From contig OZ361261.1 of assembly GCA_977018835.1 (NCBI GenBank), forward strand, positions 1,674,001 through 1,738,000: a stretch of DNA of 64,000 nt, written 5' to 3'. Position 1 is the first letter of the stretch. Each line of letters begins with the position of its first letter. A program made the position numbers and the translations under genes. Below, one piece after another: positions 11,476 through 22,289 of the stretch. The notes beneath the pieces were generated by a model. That model ran no database searches, had not been told where the DNA came from, and saw nothing but the letters and a program-made list of their open reading frames with translations. The stretch is from Minutocellus sp. GHC0000111. Taxonomy: Eukaryota.

Positions 11476-11918
11476 ATGGCCGCTTTCAAGGTTTACTCCA
11501 AGTCCGGCAAGGAGCGTCACTTTATTGCTCTTGCCGATGACATCAACACGCTCTCGTCGTCGAGCAGCTCATATCGGAAGAGCAGCAGCAAGAGGAGCAG
11601 ATCGACCCTACTGCAGAAAATGATGACCATCGGCTACAAGACGATAATTCCAACGAGATTCAGCCCCGCCGTGATGATGAAAACGACCAGCAACCTAGTC
11701 GACGAGATACTTCATCATCAATCACAAGCGATCCTCTTCGATCAAGCACCGGAACGAGCCAGAGCGCGAGGCCAATCAGGCACAGATCGTCGTCCTTGAG
11801 AAAGGGGGACATCACCGGTCCACTCACATTTGCTCTTGAACTTGAAGCAGATCTTGCTCGAGATCAAGACGAATCGAGTGACGACGGCGGTGAAGAAGAT
11901 GACACTGTGGCAAATTAG
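11476..11918 (+). CDS. Small hypothetical protein (probable frameshift near 11610)
   Basis: aaacATGG start after an A-rich leader; a second frame gives an acidic tail ending at TAG 11916-11918. Confidence 0.35.
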
Positions 11919-12114
11919 TTGCTTAGTTTTTATTGTATTGTTTGATGAATACCATGGTAGTAGGAATTGAAAGCAAGATATAGTATGAATCGAATCTCTC
12001 GCTTCTCTCTACATACCTATGCGTAATAGTTACATAAAAATTGAATTTATCATTATACCAGCTATTTTGTGGCTATATCCCGCAGTGCGTATTCTGTTTT
12101 TTTAATCACACTCT

Positions 12115-13612
12115 TCAAGGCGTTGTCATCATGCTGCACATTTCTTCGCAAGAAACTTTGAATAAACAATCGTCGTGACAAGCCGTGATGCATTGTTCCA
12201 TCGGGTCGCACTGATACATCCCAGTTGCCATGGGCATGCTACAATAGTCACAAACTAACTTTCGAGGAGCATAGTTGCATTCATGGTACTTGCCACAAGT
12301 CTGCTCCCAGCCACCAAGATGATCGTCGCATTTTCCGTCAACATAATTGCCAAAGATTGGGTCAGATGAATCGTTGGCGTCGACCAAGGCGGAGCAGTCC
12401 CCCTCTGCCTCAGTCTTCGTAGCGCTTGATAGACTTCTGGAGGTACTTGAAAGACTGGTGGTCTCCCAATCAAGGACGCATGAGTAAAACGAATCGCATT
12501 TCGTCTTGTCAATTGGATCCATGAGGATGTAGTCACATGTGCTATCCGCGTATCCGGAGGAGTTGGAAGGGAGGCTGGCGTCGTAGACTGGAAGTAGGCC
12601 CGCTTTGCAGTCTTCTTTTGCCTGTTTCGCGATTTCATACTGGAGATAGTCGACGTTCAGGTACTTTTCCAACACTTTATCATAGATGCAGGTAGAATAA
12701 CTGGAGCAATTCTTAGGAACATCAAACCCAATCATCGCCCCACAAGCATCGCTTTCAATGCCTCCAGCTTGGTCGGGGCTATAACAATAGTCCACCTTCG
12801 GCTGTCCCAAACCAGAACAGCCTGGAACCGAAGCGGTAGGATTCGCAGAATCCCTATGGAAGCACTTTTGGTCACCGCTGCAGTCATCGTCTGATTTATA
12901 TTTTGCGAGAGTGGGTAAAGATAAGGATTTGTTAGTACATATGTATGTAAATGGTTCGTCCATTATGACCATAATATATATATGACCATGATCTTCTTAC
13001 CTGAATTGCAGTCGCCTTGGCATTCATCGCACGGGTGCATCTCACTGCACACATGAAAGTGCTTTTAGTGATGTTCGAGGTGGTGACTGTGATGCTTGTG
13101 TTCGAGGTGGAGTCTGTCCGGTAGCTCGGGAGCAAGCGGAGGGGCATCTGGACCATACACCTCGCAATACTTCTTCTTCCTGCCGGCAATGTGCTTCGCT
13201 TCATCGCTGCACTTGGACGAGCAGTGGTCGTGGCATTTCATCGTCTTTTATCATTTGTTCATTTGAAGTAGGCGGGGATATCGAGAAGGGTTAGATTGAT
13301 TGTGAGCAGTACGGTAACATTGTGTCGACAATGCAAATTATCCAAATCGGCACAGCTCAAACATATATATCTGAACATGTATCTCACCTCGCACATCATC
13401 ATGCATTCTGGCCCCATATCCATGTCGACCGCATCGACTCCAATCATGTCTGTAATGGTGGCGGTGGCGGTAGCAGTCGCGGCAACTTCCGGGATTTCCT
13501 GCGCGTTGCGCCTCAGCTGCTGCTGCTGACCAGGCGATGAAGGTGCGGCATCGGCAGCAGCAGCACCGCTCAGCACGATGGCGATGGCTGGCAGGATGAT
13601 CTTAATCTTATC
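12115..13612 (-). CDS. Secreted cysteine-rich frustulin-like protein, multi-exon
   Basis: Spliced CDECQGDCNS|DDDCSGDQKCFHRD..VPGCSG..DYCY matches the frustulin acidic-cysteine-rich repeat; GTAAG donor near 13001 and CAG acceptor near 12892; signal peptide KIILPAIAIVLSGAAAA; the start codon appears damaged (ATAAG for ATGAAG). Confidence 0.75.
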
Positions 13613-14305
13613 TTTGCTTGCTCGCCTGGTGAAGTTAAGTTTCAGGCTTGTGCTTGTGCTTTGCGATGATGATAAAATGATAAATGCCTACCGCATCAAG
13701 CGGAAGCAATCGGTGAGGGTGCATCGCCAACTTGTCGAGAAAGCACTTCTCGCGGCGGACTTGCCTCCGCCTCTTGCCAGTATGGCCGAAGGAGATCGTC
13801 AAGTTTTTCCCATACTGCAAGCACGAGGGCTTTTTGTTCCTGCAAAAAGTGGGGAATATCAGAAATGGGTAAACCCCCATAAATGAAACCAGCACATCTC
13901 GCGTGTGCACATCTCGCGTGTGTGCTCAAAACTCATCTGCTCTCGTCCGGCCGTATCTTGACTGGCGGAGACTTACCTTTCGAGTTCAGAGGATTTGAAA
14001 GTGACGTGATGATGACGTATTAGAAACACGACCACACCAGACCAAAAATCCAAGCTCACTATTTCTAACTCCGAGGAATAAATGACGGCCAAGATGGAAG
14101 TCGGGGCAAGAACCAAGTTATGGTCACCAACTTCTAGGCCTACATATAGTCGAGAGATATTGTGCACCAGAACCAATAAATGTACATTATGTGATGATTT
14201 TTTTCGACATTTGCATTCCTCACCCCGGGAAAAAATACATTTTTGGAAGCACCAAATCAAAATGTAATGAATAGAAATGGACATGCTATGATAAGTTATA
14301 GCAAA

Positions 14306-16800
14306 TCAATGACTCCATCCATCGTCTTCTTCATCATTTTCATCTATGTCGTCCTCAATGTCATCATCTTCGCCGGGAGCATCAATTGGCCAGAGTGGTT
14401 CACCATCCTCTTCAGCTTCTTCCTCGGCAATTTTTGCGAGACCAGCCTTTCCCCGTCTGGTCTCCACAAGATTGTTGCCGCCACGACTTCTCTTGATGTT
14501 GTTATGTGTCACTGGAAGTTTTCCAAATACATTGAGAAAGGCCTCTTTTGATGCGACATTGGCCCATACTTTCATCACAGTCTTGTCAAGAGCATTCGCA
14601 TCATTCTTCTGACTGCGATGCTCCTTTTCGACGGCCGACTGCAAAGACATCCAGATGCCGAGATCAAGAACATTTGTCTCGGGCGACCGAGGAACCTGCT
14701 GGATTATCTCAATCTTATATTTGTTTTTGAGGTCCTCGGTGTACTTCTCAACTGCTTCATTGGACCCATGACCGCCGGCATTGTCCATCATAAGATGTGT
14801 AACATCAGACTCCTGAATATTTTGTGGATCCCACTTCACCCAATGATGTGCGTCTCGAATCGCCTTCCCGACCTCATTCACAGTCTCCAACATCCATTTG
14901 GAGTCGCAGCTACAGTCCTTGGTAACCTTATCGCCCCGTTGATACCGCACCCCGAGCTCAAGGTCGTCGATCTCAACCTTCACCTTCTCTCCATTGCTGT
15001 CAGGAGTGCGTCGCTTGAGACTCGAGATCTTTTGATTGTAGCCAACAGCGGCATGCTTGCGATGGCCGGCGGTCATGTCAGCATTCTCGTCGTAAATGTC
15101 GCGCCAATCTTTGTCATTTTTAGCGCATCGTTGACCTTAGCATCTGGAGAGAAATTCTGATTACGCGTAAGCTTTTCCACCTTCTGCTCCCTGGCGACTC
15201 TCTTGATCATGATGCGCCCATTGAAATCAACGTCTTTGGTTTCATCCTTCATTGGTCGGCCAACAACTCCAAGACACATAACTTTGACAGGGGGTCTTCT
15301 GGATCGAATTTTCGGGCGCTTGCCTCAGAAGCATGGACAGACGCGAGGTTCGGACTGCTTAGTTCTTCGTCAGAAAGTGGCAGGCAACATCTTGATCTTT
15401 CGTCGCCGAGTAGCAGTGTAAAACCACTTTTCATCAAGATGCGCTACAGGAATGTTGGGATCGGTCGCAATGTCCTCCCACTTTTCGATCCAATCAAGTC
15501 GCTTCCTACAACATTCCGGGGGTGAGCCTCGGCTTCTCGATCGACGACTTCTCCTTACCGCCTTGCTTTTTCCACCAGCGAAAAAGCTGAAGACGATGGA
15601 GACTAATTGTCAGCCTGTCTTCATCTGGAGTAGCTGATTTTGCGCTCATGCAGTCAGCTAGCTCCTTAAAGGTTGCCATCGCACCCTTCATCCGAGTGGC
15701 ATGCCGATGCAGCTCGCGGAGACATCCTGGCTCCTTCTCCTCGATCATGTCCGTGCATGCCTTCCTTCCACGAACCTCCTTTCTGCAGATGGGATTGCTG
15801 ATGCCATCAGCAAGGCTTTTGTAGAGCTGGTCTCTCCACTTGTAAAGCTGAGAACCACCGGTTGACTTGGCACAACCGTGATCGTGCGCAACTTGCCAAC
15901 ACGCGGCAGTTGCAACTTGTTGCCGGTCTTCATGCGTGCGAGTTGGGTCGCCGCATCCCCACCAATCCGCGAGAGCCACGGCGCTGAACCGCATTCTTTC
16001 ATTCGCCTGCTTTTCTTTTCTGATTGGTGTTGGTTCGGTGACGGTTGCATTGGGACGAGGAGGACGGAGCATGTCATCGTTGGCCATCCGAACAACAAAA
16101 GTCGAGGCCGAGAGCGACCTTTACCTGTTCATCAATGTCACTGGAGGTGGCACAGACAACGGAAGTGTCGGCTCCTCCTAAACCTTCATCATTGGGGGAG
16201 GCTGCAGCTAGCTGCTTCAGTGGCGGAAGCATCACCAGTTCCCTTCAGCATGCTGAGGAGACTTGCTGGCATCCAACCCAGTTTCTTGGCCTCGTCGACT
16301 AGTGATTTTACTCTTGCTTCGCAATGCGCTGACTGCACCTCCTTTCTGTGAGCTGACAACCTCTCACCTAGCTTAGTAGCTAAGACAGTCGAGCGCCCAG
16401 AGAACAGAACTTCATCGGCATTTCTTTTCTCGTGCACCTTCTGTCCCTCCGGTCCAGAGAATTTCGGGTGGTTGTCCTCCTTTTTTTTACGCAACCTGTG
16501 AGCACAAACATAAAGCGCCCTGCGTCTTGTCTTCCCTCTCTCGGCCGACACGTCGACAAGTGCAACTTCAAACTACAATGCTCCTTGAGATGTTGCTGCA
16601 TGTCCTTCCATTTTTCCTCGTTGTACTGTAGCTCATACTTTCCTCCACCGACGGACTTGGAACGCAACAAGTCGGCCTCGATGAAAAGCAGGGAGGGGAC
16701 GTCTTCCCATTTCTGCCGAGAACCACCACAAATGTCATCTTTGCCGCGCAGGAATCGGGGGTTACTCTCCACCACAGATCCTTACCAGCCCTTCGAATGA
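14306..16800 (-). pseudogene. Disrupted DD39D mariner-like transposase
   Basis: HLDEKWF (near 15420-15442), MDNAGGH and QVPRSPETNVLDLG with 39 residues between the 2nd and 3rd Asp; split over several frames. Confidence 0.9.
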
Positions 16801-17135
16801 CATCTGCTGCAAGGAGAAAGGCCATGGGGATAGGAGGAGGGGCCGTCCTCTTCTTCGCCGACGACGGTGACGGTTTGGCGCGGGGGGGCGAATTTGACCG
16901 TGGCCGCTTCTTCGACGTGTTTGCGCTCGGCGATGGTGTTTTCGGCTCAGCTGCCGCCTTTGCCGCCTTCCTGGATGCCTTGGTGTTGCCTCACTTGCTC
17001 CCTGAGAACGAAGTTCTGCTGCGTTTGTATTTTTTGGGCGTGGTCTGGTTTTGGTCGTCGTCATCGTCGTCACAAAATTTGCGGGTTGCGGTGAGGGTGT
17101 GCGGGGGACCAAAAAATATATGTGTTCCTGCCAGA

Positions 17136-17208
17136 ATCTACTGGACCTGCGAATTCAGTGGATACTACTGGTCGGTGGCAACCTACTGAATGAGCAGGTC
17201 CAGTAGAT
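17136..17208. repeat. Subterminal inverted repeat (26-bp arms) inside the mariner element
   Basis: atctactggacctgcgaattcagtgg (17136-17161) pairs with ctactgaatgagcaggtccagtagat (17183-17208), 3 mismatches. Confidence 0.85.
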
Positions 17209-17498
17209 ATCCACGAGTTGAGGAGTATTTGTGTTCCTCCCGAAGAGAACATCGACTAACAAAACACGTGGTGGGAAATGAGAAATGGGTGCAAGAATGA
17301 CCTTTTTTAGGGGTTATTGGTATACCCTCTACAAATCCTCTGAAACCGAAAGGTAGCTCTGTTCAGGCAGCAGGCGCTTCTTCATTACTTCCCTTCAAGC
17401 AATTTTCGCTTTTGGCTTTATTCCCCCCGGCTTTTTGCAGTATATTGCATTTTTATTTTGATCGGGACGAGAACACATTCCAGCACAAAACAGGGAAC

Positions 17499-19411
17499 AT
17501 GGCGCCACCTGCTGTGACCGACCCCACCACCGCCGCAGCTGCCGCATTCGGTGGTGCCGCCTCCTCGGCAACCCCTCCCCCACCTCGTCCGGTGCGGCCA
17601 TCAAGCAGCAGTTCGTCGACCTGCGCACTGCGGCCATCGCCCATCCGCACCAGCTCCTCACCCTGACGTGCTACGTCCCTCCCACCAAAATCGGTTCTGT
17701 CATCGGCCGCCGAGGCTAGTCGGTCCTGACGCTGCAGCGAGAGGCGACCCATCGGAGCGGCGGGGCCAACGGCAGCGTCCGGGTGAGCATCGTCGGGAGT
17801 GGCATGAACGCCGGTGGTGGTGGAGGCGGACCGCCCATTTCCATCCCGCACCACGCCCAGCTGGCGCATTCCGACCCCCGCTCGTCATGGGCTCCGGTGG
17901 TCATCCGCGCCGATCCCGTCGGGGCCTTCGCCGCGGCGCGGCTGCTGACCAGGGACATTGGCGGTCTAGATTGCATGGACGACGTGGTGGTCGACGTGCC
18001 CATCCACCGGAGCCGGCACGCCAGCATCATCGGGAGGAAGGGCCTGACCATTGCCAGCCTCAGTGCCGAGTACGACGTAAGGATTATGGTCCCCCAGAAG
18101 CGGGGCGGGGTGAACCACCACCAGCAGCAGCAACAGCAGGTGCTGGGTGCCAAGCAGGGCGGGGGTGGAGGCGGCGGCGACGAAATGCTGTTTCCTGGGA
18201 CGGAGGAATCCGACAACCAAAAGGGTGGCGGCGGTGGTGGAAAGGGCGCCAAGAAGAACAAGGGCGGCAATCAGCAGGCAGCGGGAGCGGCGAAGAACGA
18301 GGACGAAAATGGGGATCATCATGACGGCGACGAGAACCACCATCGGGAGGCATCGGACGCAGCACCAGGTGGTGGTGCCTCCTACCAGAGCCACCGCCCG
18401 ACCAACGTCAACGTCGTTCAGCTCGAGGGGCAGCTGGACGACGTCGAGCGGTGCCTGGCCAAGGTGATGGCCATTGCGGCCGGGACCAGTACCGGCGGGG
18501 GTGGCGGCGGCGGTTCAGTTGGGGGTGTTGGTGGTGTCAGTAGTGCCGGTGGCAAGATCAAGAGCGCCGACGGAAAGGCGGCCGAAGGCAAGGATGCGGA
18601 CATTCATACCGGAGCCGAGACCAACAAGAAGATGACCAGGGCGGAAAAGCTCAAGGAAAAGAAGAGGGAGAAGAAGGCCAACGCCAAGGCAGAGAAAGAG
18701 GCGGCTGCTGCTGCGGCAGCGGTGACCAAGGCCAAGTCGGGTGACAATGGTGCCATTGATGTCGGCGAGGCTGCGCCAGAAGTTGATGATCAAACCGGAG
18801 ATATTCCCATGGACATTGAAATCAAGCCCAAGGGCGACGGAGAAGCTCCTGTCGATGATGCCACGGCCGCAGCTTCCAAGGAACCCAAATATTCCTTCGC
18901 CGTTGTCAATGCAACGGACGAGACTGCCCACCTCATGCCGAGCCTGCGGAAACTCCAGGCTCTGGCCAAGAGTACCGGGGCCAAGATCCGACGGAGGAAG
19001 GTCGACGAATCGCCGGGCGGCAGCGGTGGTGGTGGCAAGAAGGGAGGAGACGGGAATGCCCCAACGGATGATGACGATGGTGACATGGCAGAGAATGATG
19101 AGGAAGAGACCAACGACAATGGTGGCGGCGACGACGAGGACGAAAATGAAGGCGATGAGGATGAGGAGGACGGTGGAGAAGATGCCCAAGCAAACGATGA
19201 TGGTGCGCCCGGAAAACAAGAAATCACCATCACCGGCAAGACCGAGACCGTCAAGGCGGCCATCTCTGCTCTTGAGAACATCTTCGGAGAGGGCGGATGT
19301 ACCTACACACTGGATGCGCTCAAAACTCGGAAGAAGAAGAATGGAAAGAGAGGCGGCCATCAGTTCCGAGGTAAAAAGAAGAGAAAGGGAGGACCAGGAA
19401 CGAAAGATTAG
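17499..19411 (+). CDS. KH-domain RNA-binding protein (frameshift near 17580-17595, in-frame TAG near 17717)
   Basis: YVPPTKIGSVIGRRG*SVLTLQ and VPIHRSRHASIIGRKGLTI are GxxG KH motifs; third degenerate KH (ITITG..V.AA..AL); Lys-rich NLS-like tail. Confidence 0.8.
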
Positions 19412-19518
19412 CAGCGGCCATAGCTACGTAGCCTTCGCAATTGTACGAGTCTTTGACTCAATATAAGTAATGTAGGCTACATATTTACTACGTGCTAGCT
19501 GAATATTCACTGCATGAT

Positions 19519-21708
19519 CTACAGCGATTCCTCCTCCATTCTTCGTTTGCTGTGTTGTATCTCACGCATTTGCAGTATCTTTCGCAACGAGAAGAACCAA
19601 ACGAGAGGTACCGACATAAGTCCGACAAGACCAGCCGACGCAGCATCGAGGCCGGCCAGCTTCCACTTGGTCATGAGCGGGATAAGGTATTTGCACATCA
19701 CAAAGCTGTACGGTGCCGCAAAGATGTAGCTGTCTACCCGATCCATGACACCTCCGTGCTCGGGGATAAGGTCGCCGAAGTCCTTGATGTCGGCATCGCG
19801 TTTGATCATTGAAGCAGTCAGATCACCAAGAAGACCGAGAGCGCCCAAGTATATGCCATGTATCGGACCAGTGATGTACCAGTATGGCCATCTCTGCACC
19901 CAAGCGCCGAGGGTTGATAAGACGGCGCTGATTGCACAGCCGCCCATGACTCCCTCCACGGTCTTGTTGGGGCTGGCAGCTCCAGCGGCCGGTGCAACAT
20001 CACCAAGCTTGGTCTTACCATATGATCGTCCAACGAAGTAGGCTCCAACATCGCTGAAGGCCAGAGACAGCCATGTCCAAAAGATGAAGACGGCGCCCGT
20101 TGTGATGGGAAGGTGAACAAATTTGGGCAGGAACGACGGCAACGCATCGGCCTTTTGACCAAGGAAGGCAAGGACGGGTTCAGCAAGCTTGGCCAAGCGG
20201 GTAGGAGGCACGTCACTGCCGATGCTTCGAATGCGGACCCAAAACGATGGAATATAACCCAATAAGAACATGCCGGTGAAGGTTGTGCTGATCTCGGGGA
20301 TACTGGTTGTTTGTTTTCGCATGGTCAAAAACCAACCCATCGAGACCAAGGCAAAGAAAGGAAGGCATAGCTGATGCAAGTCGGGAGCAAAGAGTGCCGT
20401 GACGAACATGCTGCATGCTCCCACGACGGATATGCGCCGGGCGGGATAAACACCAGTGTTCATAACCATTCGATAGTACTCCAGCTGACCCAGGATCGTC
20501 ATGAGGGTAAACAGCCCGGTGAACACGTAGTTGCCAGAGAAGACCCAGCAAGCCACGAGCGCACCCATGGCGGCACCGAACAGGATGGACCGACGGGGTT
20601 TGCCTCCATCGGCCTTCTTTTTGAGAGCAGCCTTGGAGGTATCGACCTTGGCTACCTGCTTACTCGCGTCGTCGATGTCGGAGGGCGTGGCGATATCAAC
20701 GGGAAACTCCACCGTAAATGTTTTGGATCCGGGACTCGTCAGCGGCGGGATAGTTTCCACTCCCACCTGCACCAGTGCATCGTCATCTTTCTGAGATGCC
20801 TTGGCCTCCTCGTCCAATTTACGCAAATATTCCGATTCACCGGGATCGACCTTGTTGGCCAACTCTTCACCTACAATCTCGGGGTGCGCAGCACCATCCT
20901 CCTCCTCCAGCATGTGCAAATATTGCGATTCTCCCGGATCAATCTTTTCATCAGATGATTTAGAAGGACTCGCAGCTGCAGGATCACTGCCTCCATTGCC
21001 CATGGCATCCAGCACATCATCGCAAGCATCCAACATTCTACTACGGGCTCGTTCCATCTTGTAAGCGTGCACAGGATCTTCCTTGCCATCGATTCCACCC
21101 TTGTTTGCCTCACTGCTTAGATCGGGCCCATACTCCTCTCCTCGCATCAGATGCTGGACCCGTCGCACGGCCCGGGTGGCTCTGTCGCGAGCAATCCGCT
21201 GCCGCTGGGTGGTGGACGTCTCCTTCCACAGCCGCTGCAGGTACGTGGTATAGATGCCGTAGGCCTTGCCCAGCGGTGTGTGATGCCCCTCGGCCCCGGT
21301 GGCTGTGGTGGATTCCTCCTCATCTTTGGCCTTGGTTGCGGAAGTCGTTGAGCTATCACTCTTAACGTCATCATCTTCGCTTCCATCCGTCTCGGCATTG
21401 TCATCGGAGCTCGCCCAAGATATTACCAGCCGACTTCCGCTGCTGACGTACGACGTTCGGAATCGAGTGGAGAACGACGATGCTGGGAATTTCTTTGCAC
21501 CAATGTGCTGCCTGTTGCGATCATTTGCACAAAGCTGATTCAATGGGCTACGCAACTGCTGACTTTGCGCATATCCTCCAGTTGATGATTGCTGCGGATG
21601 GAACGCTGACGCATGTCGAACGGAAGAATCCAGGATACCGAGGACGAATAGCAGTGCACCGCTGAAAAGCAGGGACTTTGATCCGCTCTGATTTCTGGTC
21701 TGAGCCAT
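19519..21708 (-). CDS. cdsA: Phosphatidate cytidylyltransferase (CDP-diacylglycerol synthase), plastid-targeted
   Basis: SDVGAYFVG, SPNKTVEG and KR..IKDFGDLIPEHGGVMDRVDS signature; signal peptide followed by ASAF. Confidence 0.95.
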   Translation of the reverse strand: MAQTRNQSGSKSLLFSGALLFVLGILDSSVRHASAFHPQQSSTGGYAQSQQLRSPLNQLCANDRNRQHIGAKKFPASSFSTRFRTSYVSSGSRLVISWASSDDNAETDGSEDDDVKSDSSTTSATKAKDEEESTTATGAEGHHTPLGKAYGIYTTYLQRLWKETSTTQRQRIARDRATRAVRRVQHLMRGEEYGPDLSSEANKGGIDGKEDPVHAYKMERARSRMLDACDDVLDAMGNGGSDPAAASPSKSSDEKIDPGESQYLHMLEEEDGAAHPEIVGEELANKVDPGESEYLRKLDEEAKASQKDDDALVQVGVETIPPLTSPGSKTFTVEFPVDIATPSDIDDASKQVAKVDTSKAALKKKADGGKPRRSILFGAAMGALVACWVFSGNYVFTGLFTLMTILGQLEYYRMVMNTGVYPARRISVVGACSMFVTALFAPDLHQLCLPFFALVSMGWFLTMRKQTTSIPEISTTFTGMFLLGYIPSFWVRIRSIGSDVPPTRLAKLAEPVLAFLGQKADALPSFLPKFVHLPITTGAVFIFWTWLSLAFSDVGAYFVGRSYGKTKLGDVAPAAGAASPNKTVEGVMGGCAISAVLSTLGAWVQRWPYWYITGPIHGIYLGALGLLGDLTASMIKRDADIKDFGDLIPEHGGVMDRVDSYIFAAPYSFVMCKYLIPLMTKWKLAGLDAASAGLVGLMSVPLVWFFSLRKILQMREIQHSKRRMEEESL

Positions 21709-22289
21709 TTTGAATTGGTATAAAAAGATAGGGATATTCTCTATCTCCAAGAGAGTCTCAGTTGTCGGCCTTTGAGTGATAAATTGATGTGATTTGCGTT
21801 CGTTAGTTCAAACAGAAGCACAATACGTGCTCGAGATTGATTGGAGTAAGATATGGACGCTGATTGCTCTGCTTCCGATTTCAAGGCACTGAACACCAGA
21901 GAACAAGATAACGATTTTGTATCTGGACAAAGTAGGCACTCGATGGTCTCCTTTCGCGTAGTACAGGCGATCTCAGAGTCAACGGCGGCGGACCGGACCA
22001 ACATCTTTGCGCTGACGCCTTCAAGCTGCTTCAACCAGTCGCTCAGCTCACCAAAAAGGCTGCACGTAGAGGCTGCTGTACTTCAAGTCGCCAGAGGATG
22101 AACTTCAAGTGAAGTCAGAGTCAGAGCTCGTGATGATGTCGAACAAAAAGGTCTAAACACTAATAAATTCAAAATACGTCTACTATTAATATAAACCGGT
22201 ATAGATAAATGCATGTAGCTAGAATTAGGCATTCTGATCTTTCTCAGCCGTACATGTACAATGTACCGGCGGTAGTCCATCTCTCCTCA

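Larger units (their letters stand above)
13976..17353 (-). mobile_element. Full-length Tc1/mariner-superfamily DNA transposon (DD39D type), 3378 bp
   Basis: 22-bp TIRs cctttcgagttcagaggatttg (13976-13997) and caaatcctctgaaaccgaaagg (17332-17353) with 2 mismatches; TA target duplication at 13974-13975 and 17354-17355. Confidence 0.93.
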
